Shown here piece after piece: positions 1 to 10,821 of a stretch of 64,000 nt of DNA (position 1 is its first letter; every line of letters begins with the position of its first letter). Under the pieces are notes generated by a model. That model had not been told where the DNA came from. It did not search any database and saw only the letters and a program-made list of their open reading frames with translations. The stretch is from a virus, in the IMG/VR virus record IMGVR_UViG_3300045125_000039, positions 4,475-68,474 of that record; one strand, written 5' to 3'. The position numbers and the translations under genes are program-made.

Positions 1-209
1 GCACCATTCGTACTACCATTCTTCGGTGTTCCTACATTCGTTGAAGTAGATGCAAAGACTCCAGAGGGACTCTTTGGTTTATTCCCGAAACTACCAAGAA
101 GTTCTTTGTTGAAGTAAATGGTTATCTGTTTACTAGCGAGAACCGTCAAATTCTATTAAGCATCGTCGGATTCTACTTTGGATCTGCTGCTGCTTCAAAC
201 AAGTCATAA
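1..209 (+). CDS. C-terminal part of a small membrane protein, holin-like (5' end outside window; one frameshift)
   Basis: Reassembled translation APFVLPFFGVPTFVEVDAKTPEGLFGLF...ENRQILLSIVGFYFGSAAASNKS*. The hydrophobic segment ending GFYFGS resembles 3-TM phage holins. Confidence 0.4.
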
Positions 210-219
210 GGAGTAACCA

Positions 220-565
220 ATGAAATACTTAACACTATTAGCATCATTGTTTCTCTTAATAGCTTGTAATACAACACCAGTAATTCTTCCAGACACTACT
301 TCAAGATAGTGTTCAAATGAAGAAGATCAAATTGGGAGATTGTCAACATGGTGCGTCATGTCAGCAATAACTGGATGGCAATGGATTCTATGGTACATCT
401 CCTGTTCTCTTCCTAGTTGTTGTCTGGAGGCATATAATCAGAAATTGCACTGAAACAGAGCAAAGATTAGGTAAAGAAGTAGAGTCTTTAAAGACTCCAA
501 AGACTGAACAAACTACTCAAGATCTAACGGATAAGTTAGAGTATCATACAACTTTTTACAAATGA
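220..565 (+). CDS. Putative lipoprotein with a second hydrophobic segment (frameshifted; 3' end uncertain)
   Basis: AGGAG RBS, then MKYLTLLASLFLLIAC (lipobox LIA-C), and later TGWQWILWYI/PVLFLVVVWR. Confidence 0.5.
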
Positions 566-1081
566 AATACGAGTCCACGATGTCTGAAACTGGACTCGTT
601 ATTTCTTTTTGTCAGGTGTAATTGTCATGCGAAGAGGACTACCAGTATCCTGAACAAATGAATCATACATCATTTGTTTATCTGCATTACCCTTACCTGT
701 TGCATATTTCTTGACTTCCGTTGGTGGCATGATAGTCAGTGGGAGTCCCATTTCATAGATCTTGTACTTTCAATAGTCCAGTATTTTCTGCAATATGGAA
801 TACTCTGCCACTAGCAGAATATGCATAACCTTCTAGTGCTACATGCGAACATCCCATTACTATTTCTAATGCTGTAGTCTGCTATTGTCTTATATCTTTC
901 TTGTTCAGAGTTCCAATCCATGAATCTCTCACCAAAGATATTGCCACCATAAGCATCTGCATATTTCTTAATATCCGTTAGATAAGTAGAATGAGCATTT
1001 GTTATATGAAAATGAACCATTACCATCGAATACACAGATGGCTGGTGCACAAAGGGAGTAATCTATTCCTGCTATTACCAT
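513..1081 (-). CDS. RuvC-like (RNase H fold) Holliday junction resolvase/nuclease, frameshifted
   Basis: Reassembled MVIAGIDYSL...VALEGYAYSASGRVFHIAENTG...PTEVKKYATGKGNADKQMMY...DIVDSYFIC matches the RuvC-type acidic motifs (GID, E, D..D) and the ATGKGNADK motif. Confidence 0.75.
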
Positions 1082-1092
1082 GTAAGTATTTA

Positions 1093-1173
1093 TCAGAATC
1101 CTAATGATCTGGCCAAAAGTACTCCAATGAGAAACGAACATGCACACACTAAAATCTTTTGTAATCTGTTCAT
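1093..1173 (-). CDS. Small hydrophobic peptide (26 aa)
   Basis: MNRLQKILVCACSFLIGVLLARSLGF*; start overlaps the stop of the upstream protease gene. Confidence 0.35.
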   Translation of the reverse strand: MNRLQKILVCACSFLIGVLLARSLGF

Positions 1174-1930
1174 TGATGTTCCTCTATTGTTTCTTTTATC
1201 CAATCTTCGTGATAGAATAAAGGAGTTGCTGACATTTCTGTAATTGTTAAATCGTGTAATCTAAAAGATGAAATAAGTCCACACAATTTTCCAGAATCTT
1301 CAAATACTGCTCCACCAGAATCACCAAACCAAACATGTGCATTTTTTGTTGAGTTAAATTTAAATTCAAATGGATCTTCTAGCACCACACCAAAGTAATA
1401 AAAGGAGCCAGGATTGCTTTTCTTTTTGGTGCAATGAGAAAATCCAATAGTAGTTAATTCTTCATATCTTTTTAAATCTGTTTTATCGTAAGTAATTTCT
1501 GGTAATTCTTTTATACAAGTTTCTTCTTCGAGTATAAGAATTCCAATATCATTTACTATAAGTTCACCAATTTTATATTTGGGGTGAAGAATTTGTTCTT
1601 TAATTACATAGTCTTGTTCACGCAACTCTGAAATACATCAGGTTGTTTCCGTCTATGCAATGACCTGCAGTGAGTACGATGTTCTTAGCAATCTGAACTG
1701 CACTGCTCACCATAACATGATCTTTATCATATACTTGCCCCACACAACGATAGGGATCTTGACCCTCCTCTAGTACTGTGAACCCTTCAAATTCTTTTGG
1801 TTCTTTGATAGGTGTCAGAATGTCTACTATCGGTGGTGGGGGGGTTTCCCTGCTTATCGACACTGATATTGTTGCAAGATGTACTTGTCGCAAGGATCAG
1901 ACTCAGAACTTTGAGTAGTCTGCTGTCATG
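1170..1930 (-). CDS. Trypsin-like (S1) serine protease with N-terminal signal/lipoprotein-like segment, frameshifted
   Basis: VLTAGHC (catalytic His) in ORF 1618-1893; NDIGILIL (Asp) and GDSGG (Ser) in ORF 1170-1625. Confidence 0.85.
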
Positions 1931-1937
1931 ACATTAT

Positions 1938-1945
1938 TATTTATA
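1938..1945 (-). promoter_or_regulatory. T4-type late promoter (TATAAATA) upstream of the protease
   Basis: + strand tatttata at 1938-1945, just upstream of the protease start. Confidence 0.6.
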
Positions 1946-1965
1946 TTACTTTTAAATAAAAATAT

Positions 1966-1994
1966 AAAAAAATCCAGCCCCGAAGGGCTGGATT
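1966..1994 (-). terminator. Rho-independent terminator
   Basis: Hairpin aatccagccc-cgaa-gggctggatt (1971-1994) followed on the minus strand by a T run. Confidence 0.85.
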
Positions 1995-2016
1995 AAATTC
2001 CCGATTATACGGGTGT

Positions 2017-2380
2017 TTAGTTAGACTTTGGTGAACACCTACAAGAAGGGGCAGGTGCCGGTTGCTGAACCACCACTGGTTGCACATAACATGGTGCAAC
2101 TGCTATATGGGGTCACTGGCTGTGCGATAGGAAGCACTTGCGGAACAGGAGCAGCATAAAGAGGACTGCTGTAGTAATGGGGATACCAACCACCTACAGG
2201 GGCTACACATATCCCCACTAGTAGCCACCATAATATCCACCGGAGTATGCATAAGCACCCCCGTAACCACCAGCTCCAACTGCTACTCCACCCCAACCAC
2301 CACCACGCAACTGCGACTTGAGCAGGGGCAGCAGAGGCGAGACAGAGAGAAACGATTGCTGCGAGAATTGTCTTAAGCAT
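2017..2380 (-). CDS. Small secreted Gly/Tyr/Trp-rich then Pro/Val-rich protein, frameshifted
   Basis: AAGGAG RBS; signal peptide MLKTILAAIVSLCLASAAPA; then GGGWGGVAVGAGGYGGAYAYSGGYYGG...GGWYPHYYSSPLYAAPVPQVLPIAQPV...PAPSCRCSPKSN*. Confidence 0.7.
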
Positions 2381-2399
2381 AGTGATCTCCTTTACTTAA

Positions 2400-2427
2400 A
2401 CTATACCACAAGTATTTAGAATGTCAA
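2400..2427 (-). promoter_or_regulatory. Sigma70-type early promoter
   Basis: TTGACA-N16-TATAGT on the minus strand upstream of the 2380 start. Confidence 0.7.
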
Positions 2428-2568
2428 GGAACATTATCAAATAAAGTTGGTTCTTTATTTGAATTATTATATTCAATTTGATCAATTCTTCTATCTGCAT
2501 CAACTAGTGCATTTGAAAATGAACGAAGTCTCTTATCCATTTGTGTATACATTTCATTTTCTACATTA

Positions 2569-2760
2569 TCAACTTTTTGTAGTTAATCTTTCAACATCCT
2601 TTTCTAAATTGCTACGAACATCATCGATTGATCTATAGACAATATCCATTTCTCTATCTAGATCATTTCTTGCAATTTCCTTTTTCATTTCAAAATACTT
2701 AACCATGAAGAAACCCAAAAGACCAGACACAACTATTATTACTAAAGTATTATTATCCAT
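2569..2760 (-). CDS. Hypothetical membrane-anchored protein
   Basis: AAGGAG RBS; N-terminal TM (LVIIVVSGLLGFFMV) followed by a coiled-coil-like charged segment. Confidence 0.6.
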   Translation of the reverse strand: MDNNTLVIIVVSGLLGFFMVKYFEMKKEIARNDLDREMDIVYRSIDDVRSNLEKDVERLTTKS

Positions 2761-2772
2761 AATTATTCTCCT

Positions 2773-4697
2773 TTAATTTGTTAAATCTACTAATTCACAT
2801 TTATCACGCACTACAAGCAAAAGTTTGTGTACCAACAGTTTGATCTACTTTCTCATACTTTTGTGAGTTCAGACCATTCAACATTCTTTGGCATCTTCTC
2901 AAGGAACGCTTCATAGTGTTCCTTTGTACAATCCTGATATGGTGCTTGACGATACGAGTGATCTGAGTGTGGTAGGAAGAAATACCACTGATCTCGTCAA
3001 AGTGCTTGTACACCCATGCACCAACCTCCATCCATTCATGCTCACGAACAGTTACTGTAATAGATGGCTTGTGCTCACACCAGTTACGCTGATATGCTAA
3101 CCAGAGTTCCAGAGTGTTCAATAGCACTCATGTCATTACGAGTAACAGATCCCTCTGCCTTCATTGGGAATGAGAAAACCATAACTGAGTCTGGCTTCAT
3201 GACACAAGGCTCGTGGGGAAACCCTTGTCAATCATGAGTTGACACAGAGGATCCTTACGATCTGCACGAACGGTGCGGATGTAGTATTGATTGTGACGAG
3301 CATGAATACCTGATGCTGCATCAGTAAGTTGTGATACAGTACCACTCGGCTTGATGCAGGTGATTGCTGCAGCAGGATTGATGCCCAACTTCTTTGCCCA
3401 TTCCTTGTTGGTATCGATTGCATGTTGCTTCAGATTCTCAAGTTTAGCGCTTGAGTCCATGCATGATCACGCATCATAGCGTTATCAAGAATACCTGTTA
3501 GAGATACACCAAGTAGTGCTTCTTCTTCACAGTTCTTTTTCCACTCTGATGAAAGATATGGGAAATGCAATAACGATGCTTGCCATGTTCCTAGAATAGT
3601 AGCAAGTTTAACCTTACGGGTTAGACTTTCTACAGTGTCATTTGTGCGAACAATCACTTCTGTGAGATTGCAGAACTGACGATCTACGTAGAATAATTTC
3701 TGAGCAAGGATTAGTACCGAACTCATAGGTTGGCATCACGACGATCACCTAGTTTGGCTACAGTCTTCTGGCAAGCGTCACGATTAAAGATACCACGCTC
3801 ACCACTCTTGCTCTTGTACAGCGACACCCATTCTTCCATGAATGTGCCGATCTCTGGCTTCTCCTTGTACACTACACTATTATTCGCAAGTGCTCTTTGA
3901 GGATTAGCTCCCACCATGCTCCAGTCTTAGCATCACGCATCCGTTCATCGGTAAGATTTGAAAGGCTGATAAGAGCCGATCTACGGACTCCTCCGACCAC
4001 CACAACTTCCGCAATCTTACAGACGATATCGTGGCATTCGATGGAGGTGAGTTTGCGTCCAGCTGCTCTTCTAAATGTATCCACAGTGAACCTAAACAGA
4101 TCATCCAGTGGCTTTGGGCCAGATGCACGACCTCCGAAAGTTTTGAGTCTGGCACCAGCAGGGCGTATCTTAGATAAGTCCCATCTTGGAATTTGACCAC
4201 CAATGAGTAGGGAGACAAGTTCCTTGTAAGCATTAGCCCAACCAGCTCTTACTGTCTTGTACAATGATTGTTGTATCTGAGTCAGTAAACTCTTCAGCGA
4301 TTGTAGGAAGTTTATCAACATAATGCCGCTCCACTGGAGAAACCGACGCCGGTTCCGCACATAAGAATGTATAGAATTTCATCGAAAGCACGAACACGAT
4401 TTACTGCAACATATGAGCAGTTGTAACCTGCAGTGTTGTCTCTTTCAGTGCTTCACCTGCTGTCATAAGAGCACGCATTGAAGGCATGATTTCAAGATTA
4501 AGAACTGCTTGACGAAGTTCTTCTCTTGTTGCCTTGTCCAACTTACTGCACATTGTATTCTCTTTGAGATGCTTATCAAAGTGATTAAAATATCGATCAA
4601 CAGTTTCTTCCCAAGTTTCTCTACGACCTTCGGTTTCCAACCAACGGCTGTAGCGTGAAAGATGAATAAACTCTTGATAGTAAGTTGGTAAATGCAT
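2773..4697 (-). CDS. nrdJ: Class II (adenosylcobalamin-dependent) ribonucleotide reductase, multiply frameshifted
   Basis: YQEFIHLSRYSRWL..GRRETWEETVDRY, PSMRALMTAG, GGVRRSALISLS, QRALANNS, DRQFCNLTEV, AITCIKPSGTVSQL, WCEHKPSITV, and a C-terminal ACSxDKCELVDL. Confidence 0.92.
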
Positions 4698-4756
4698 AAA
4701 TTTTCTCCTTCTTATGTAAAGTATATCTTCGCTTTTAAGTTTGTCAACTATTTAGA

Positions 4757-5934
4757 TCAGAAAGTTCCACCATCTAGATCTGTGAATTCCACCACCTGTA
4801 ATATTTACAGTTGCTTTCACACCATCAGGAGAAACTTCAACTCCTGTTCCTGTAAAATTAATAGATCTTAAATTCTTAACTGCTTTTTCTCCATTAACAT
4901 ATAAATCAACATTTCCGCCGCTCAGAAGAATATGCGTACCTTTGATATTTCGAACTTATCTTAGTGATTAAATTCTTCTAAAAATTTATTATCAAATGAA
5001 AGATGTTTGCTTACATCCTCATATGCTAGGGGTAAGATACTGATACAATCCCCGAGTCTCCTGTATCTCCCTTGTCTCCCTTTTCGCCTCTCTCTCCTCT
5101 TTCGCTCAGTATCTCCCTTATCACCTTTCTCACCCTTCTCGCTGCAATGCCATCTTTACCATCTCTACCAGAAAGGCGGGTTCCTTGGTCGCCTTTGTCT
5201 CCTTTTTCTCCTTGATCACCTTTCTCTCCTCTTTCTCCTTGCTCACCAACATCTCCACGATCTCCTCGTTCGCTTTATCGCCCCTTCTCGCCCTTGTCGC
5301 CTGCATCGCCCTTCTCTCCTTTATCTCCTTGAGGACCTGAGGTTCACCACGATCTCCCTTTTCTCCACGCTCTCCTGCTATTCACCTTTATCTCCTTTTT
5401 CACCCTTTTCGCCTTGTACACCTGCTCACCTTTGTCACCCGGCCCAACCTGTCCAACCAGTTTCTCTCGTTCACCAACATCACCCTTGTCGCCCTTATCT
5501 CCAAGCATACCAGGCATACCACGATCACCTTTATCACCTTTTAGACCGGGAAGTGGACTGTTTCTTTCTTAGTTGTTTACTAATTTTTTTTGAAGACCTC
5601 AGATCTTCAACTAAAAATGAATCGTATCTTCTTTTTCTCTTCAGCAATTTCCAATTGGTGGTTCTTTGAACATTTTCAAATACTTCATTTATGAATTTTT
5701 TGTTACCTTGGATAAAGAACAGAACCATTATTGTCCTCCGAATAGTGTCCCCAATAGCTCAGGCGTACTGGTTGAAAATGTTGGTGTAGATTCATTGACT
5801 ACAGTAAAAGCCTCTCCCGGTTCATATACGGAAAGATTTGCTACAAGATTTAATTTTTTTACCAATTTCGAAATCTGCATGGTGGTAAATTTACAAATTC
5901 TTCTTTTTTTATTGAATTTACTAAAGTCTTGCAT
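4757..5934 (-). CDS. Collagen triple-helix (Gly-X-Y) repeat protein, frameshifted
   Basis: Minus strand 5040-5550 reads as repeated GDKGDRG/GEKGEKGDKG/GEQGEKG triplets; the gene ends ...DLDGGTF*. Confidence 0.8.
5040..5550 (-). repeat. Collagen-coding low-complexity repeat (GGN-GAR-AAR)n
   Basis: Pyrimidine-rich + strand (tctcccttgtcgccc, cacctttctc repeats) encoding G-E/D-K triplets on the minus strand. Confidence 0.85.
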
Positions 5935-5942
5935 ATCCTTAT

Positions 5943-6620
5943 TTATTTTTCAGTTAATACTTTCCAACAAACTGGATACAGAGGCAAGCAATAATATTTG
6001 AAATTGCAGCAGCATATTGCTGAACTTCCCACTGGAGCATGGGCATCTATACGCTGTTTAAAGACACGGGCGAACGCTGAGAGCGATCCCGTCCACCACC
6101 ACTCGGTGTATGTCCCCTTGGTAATACGGCTTAGCCTGCTCTGGAGCAACTCCCTTTTTAATAAATTATTGTAAATATTAATACAATCTAAGACTGTGGA
6201 ATGTACATATTATCAATATCATCAGTATCTTCAATAAATCCAGAACTTCCTGTTTTGCACCATCTGTAGGAGCAAATCTCCCACCTGGGGTATAGATTTC
6301 GGACTAAATGTAACATAACGACGAGATATCTCATTTTCTGTAAAACCAACCTTATGCTTAAAAAGTTGAGTTCTTACAAAAATAGGGCTCTTGATTCTTA
6401 TCGTAATCTGTGGATGTGAGAATGGTGTCCAGTGATTGTGCTTAGCCAAGATAAGCAACTTGAGTCTTTCATCTCGACTCCCAAATGATTCCACTTTCCT
6501 TATTGAAAGGAGAACTCTAGCCGCATTTACAACGGTTAGGTCATGTGTCCCATGTGAGAAACATATTGAACAAAACCATGATCTAAAACTCTAACTTTAT
6601 CCGTAGTACTGGTCAGTCAT
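5943..6620 (-). CDS. thyX: FAD-dependent thymidylate synthase, frameshifted
   Basis: VVNAARVSFNKES, HNHWTPFSH, PIFVRTQLFKHKVGFTENEISRRYV (ThyX RHRx7SxR-type motif), WWWTGSLSAFARVFKQRID. Confidence 0.93.
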
Positions 6621-6922
6621 TGTAAAAATCTCCACCTTCTTCTTCATCCTCATCCACTGGGTTATAGTCCTTACCATAAGCGACCCATTGTCTGCTATAT
6701 CTTCGAGACGAAGTCAACACTATCTCTTTGTTTCTGCTTCTGATTTTTTCCTCTAATGAGAAATCGTTTATGATAACTCCTGTTAGATCCTCAGCATAGT
6801 TGACCGCCCTTCTTGAACAGTTCAGGATTTACACTTCTTAAATATTCCATAACAGCAAAGCAGCATGAAACCATAGGATGTTCAATATGGAAACTTTCTT
6901 CGTCTTCTGACATATCTGACAT
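6613..6922 (-). CDS. Hypothetical protein with acidic C-terminus, frameshifted
   Basis: MSDMSEDEESFHIEHPMVSCCFAVMEYLRSVNPELF...AYGKDYNPVDEDEEEGGDFYND*; tightly packed between primase and thyX. Confidence 0.5.
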
Positions 6923-6923
6923 A

Positions 6924-7974
6924 TTACACCTTCTTCCATTGTTGGAGTTTTAGTTTTGCTTCAATACCGGAATATGCATTTTTGGGTTATGATATTCTTC
7001 AATTCTTCACTACTGCATCCATTGAGTATCATATCATTGATATCTTTTTCGTCTATGTTGTTTGGTAAATAACACAAATCGTTCTTTCGTTATTTATTAG
7101 TACTCTCTATCTGAGAAATAACTTGCTTGTTTACTGGTTCGTTATCTACACCGCATCATTAATTCCTTTCCTTCAAAGGATCTGGAATTTGTGAACCCTC
7201 ATTCAAACCAATCATGGCTACACAGTTGTCAAAGGAATAAAAAGAATCCAAAAGGACCTTCGACCACAAAAAATATTTCTTGTCATCGTTTAGACGACAG
7301 AAACCATACCACAATCTTTCCTCACTTCTTTATCTGCTTTTGGATCGTGATGTAACGAATAAGAACTCTTCTTCTTTGATAATGTTCTGCGCTTGCATAG
7401 CAATAACTCGATTCTTTTTGTATTGAGGACGGGAATCACAAGACGAGGTTCCTTTTCCCAACTTTACTATCACTGGATCTAGTTTATGTTAGCAAGAGAA
7501 CCAAAATCATCCGTATAGTAAAGTGCAGCTGTAGAACTGCTCGGGGATCTTTCGACTACCACAAACTTTCTACACGGATGATCTTTGTCCAATTCATTGA
7601 TATTCTTTAAACCATCAAGAACATTGTCTGAAATTTTGAACTTAGGTTGTTCAAATTTAAACTCTGGTTTCTTGTAATTTGAATTTATCAGTTTCTCCAT
7701 TCTTCCATCGTTCTAGAGAATATTCCTTTACAAAGAGCAGCGATACAGATTCTAGGAACTTATACATTGTGGTCGATACACCACAGTTGTGACAACGATA
7801 GAACATATCATTATTCTTTGCAAAGAAGAATCCTCTGAGCCTTGCTCTTATTCTTCTTCGAATCACCACAGATAGGACATCTACAATTTGCAAGATTCTC
7901 TTTCTTCCAAGCAAACTCTTGGAAGCATCGGAGAAACCATATTAATAAATTTTTTATCAGTTATTAAGAGACAT
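6924..7974 (-). CDS. gp61: T4-like DNA primase, frameshifted
   Basis: Zn-finger NCRCPICGDS...KARGFF...YRCHNCG; C-terminal YSGIEAKLKLQQWKKV*; syntenic position after gp41. Confidence 0.88.
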
Positions 7975-8130
7975 TATCTTACATTAGGAAAGTTATACTT
8001 TGCCCATTCCTGCCACTCTGGCAGTTCTTCATCACGAATATGTAGGCAGAGTACTTAAACGCTCTTCTAGAGTGCGACTATCGTCCTCACCTATAAACTG
8101 AACTTGCTTCATATTGATTTCATCTGACAT
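7975..8130 (-). CDS. Small hypothetical protein
   Basis: GGAG RBS; MSDEINMKQVQFIGEDDSRTLEERL...PEWQEWAKYNFPNVR*. Confidence 0.45.
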
Positions 8131-8139
8131 AATATCTCC

Positions 8140-9562
8140 TTAATTTGTCCAATCTTCTGATTTTTTAAATTTACGAACACTAAACTTTGAAGTGTACTTA
8201 TTTTCATGACCATCCGAACCAACATCTTCATCCTCTCCTGTACCAACCAATCCCTCCTGTGCTGATGCATCAAGATTATACAACTTCATCTTTGCTCTAT
8301 TGATACCAATAACAAATTTGCGATTTGTTGCAAGATCATTATATCGATTCTTCAACTGCTTGACCATGACTTGATTTCTCTTGTCTAGTTCTTCAGTTGC
8401 GATGATAGCAAACATGAAATCTGCTGTTGCTGGCTAGACCAAACGACTCTGAAGTATTCTCAAGACCGAAATCGGTATTGTTGTATCCTTCACGATTCAC
8501 CTGAGTTGCCGAGAACACCGGAACACCAAGTTCAACTGCAAGACCACGAAGTTCTTCTGCGATTGACTTGATGTAAGTATAGGAATTCACAGAACCACCC
8601 TGCTTCATACGAGCAGATGCACAGATGTTCAGATAGTCAATGAAGATGATATCAGGAATAAATTTCTTCTTGAGTTTCAACTCATTGACAAGATATCTGA
8701 AGTGATTCACATGTGCAGTTGCAGTTGGATACTCCTTGATGATAAGTTTACCAGTCACGCCTCTAGTTGCATTGAATAACTTCTTTGCATAGACTTGCTT
8801 TGGTAGAGACTTCAAGTTCATCAATGGTGACATCCATGATGTTAGCATCGATGCGCTCTGCAATTCTTTCTTCTGCTTGCATCTCACAAGTGATGTACAG
8901 AACATTCTTGTTTTGTATCAAGACAATTTGCTGCTTGATGGCAGAGGAACAGAGACTTACCAACACCAGTACCTGCGATTACAATGTTCAGAGTCTTTGT
9001 AGCAACTCCACCCTTTGTAATGTCATTGAAGAATTCCAAATCAAACGGAATCTTCTTTTCTACTGTGTGATAGAATTCATATCGCTTTTCAGCATCCTTG
9101 ATGTAATCGTGACCGATGTTTGTATCAAAGGATACTGCTAGAGCATCTGAAAGAATAGATGGAAGTGCTTCCTTAGTTATGTGTCTGTAGACTTACCATC
9201 TATGATATGAATGGACTCAAGGATTGCATTGTAGATTGCTTTATCCTTGCAGAACTTTTTCTGTTTCATCCACGAGCCACTGCTCATCCTGCTCGGAGGT
9301 TGAGAAGTCGTTGATCTTCTGCAACCATAGAATCATACTCTTGTTGAGTTAGATTCTTGTTGTTTGACAGATCTACCAGTAAGTGCTTCTTTAGTCGGAA
9401 GTTTATTATACTTTGGAGACAAACTCGGATATGGTCTTGTAGATGACCTTATCCTCCTTTGACTTGGAAGTACTCATCCTTTAGGAATGGTACAACCTTC
9501 CTAGTATAATTCTCGTTGTAAAGAAGATTTCCGAGAATTACTTTTTCAACAATAGAATTCAT
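8140..9562 (-). CDS. gp41: T4-like replicative DNA helicase, frameshifted
   Basis: Walker A region (AGTGVGKS-like), YITCEMxEERIAERIDAN, IIFIDYLNICAS, IAEELRGLAVE, FSATQVNREG, TSESFGL, VKQLKNRYND. Confidence 0.93.
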
Positions 9563-10610
9563 TCTGCAGTTTCTTGTTCAGCTTGCTCCTGCTCCGTACT
9601 TGAACTCGACAGCAACCGCTGCTTCGAGTTTTTCCATTACTTCCTTGGTAAAATACTTCTCTGGCTCTTCGATGAGGTTCTTCTCGAATGCGCTTGCTAC
9701 CATCTGGAAGTTCAATACGGGTTGAAACCTTCTTGAATATACCATGCTTTAGATGCCAAGTCAACTAGTCCATAGTACTTATTTAAGCCACTATCGTAGT
9801 TCAACCTGACATCTACCATCTGATTTTCCTTGGTCAGACGACTCTTGTATAACTTGCAGTGAATGATGTTACCAACTACCTGACCATCTGAATTCTTATC
9901 CTTCTTCTTTGAAAGATAAACAATAGTCGAAGCAGCATACTTTAGACCAGAACCACCACTCATTTCCTTGGTCGGAACATAAGAACCAACAACATCATAG
10001 AAGTGTGATTAGTCATGAGTAGAGGAATACCTGCCTTGCCCAACTCGAGAGTTAGAACACGGAAGGTGCTCTTGATGACTTGTGAACGAGTCATATCACG
10101 GACTTCCTTACCCTCTGCGGTATCTGCCATTTCCTTACTGGTTGACAACATACCAAGTGAGTCTAGAACAACCATCATTGGCTTTCGTGCTTCCTTTGGT
10201 TGCTCCATGTACTTGTCGATGATCTTGATCAACTGTAGACGGAACTCTTCGATAGTTGCTACAGGGAATACAGCAACTTGCTTTGGGTTCACGCCGCGAG
10301 AGATGAACATGTCAGAGGTGACTGCTTGTTCTGTATCGAAGTAAAGAACGATACCGTCTTGACGATCATCTAGGAACTTCTTCACAATACCGATTGAGAA
10401 GTAAGTCTTAACCTGTTGCTGACTCACCTGCTAGAGCGATGATCTTATTATCAGGAATACCACCATAAAGTGAACCGATAACTAGAGCATTGAAATGCAT
10501 ATAGAACCAGTGTCAACGAATCCCTTCACATCACTTCCTTCAAGACCGTCTTCAACTAATCCTGCAAACTCATTACCCGAAGTCTTAATGATATCATTAA
10601 TAAATGACAT
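9559..10610 (-). CDS. uvsX: RecA-like recombinase UvsX, frameshifted
   Basis: DTGSYxFNAL..[67 protein letters not shown]. Confidence 0.95.
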
Positions 10611-10622
10611 AATATTCCTTTC

Positions 10623-10821
10623 TCAAATTATTCCACTTTGTACTGCCTTGTCCAACCACAATGCTGCTTCTCTGCACTTCTTTCGCTCGTCAACTAACTC
10701 TTCATAATAATCTAGACTTGCCTTCTTATCTCTCTGTGATCTATGTGATGTAACTCTCAAGATCAAGAAGACGATTGCGAATCAACTGTTGTAGATATTC
10801 AATTGTATCATTATCTTTCAT
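10623..10821 (-). CDS. Small hypothetical protein
   Basis: [26 protein letters not shown]...[26 protein letters not shown], between gp43 and uvsX. Confidence 0.45.

Noticed and set aside
5007-5669. 220-aa plus-strand Leu/Pro/Ser/Phe-rich ORF
   Set aside because: Antisense shadow of the collagen G-E-K repeat; no RBS or independent coding signal.
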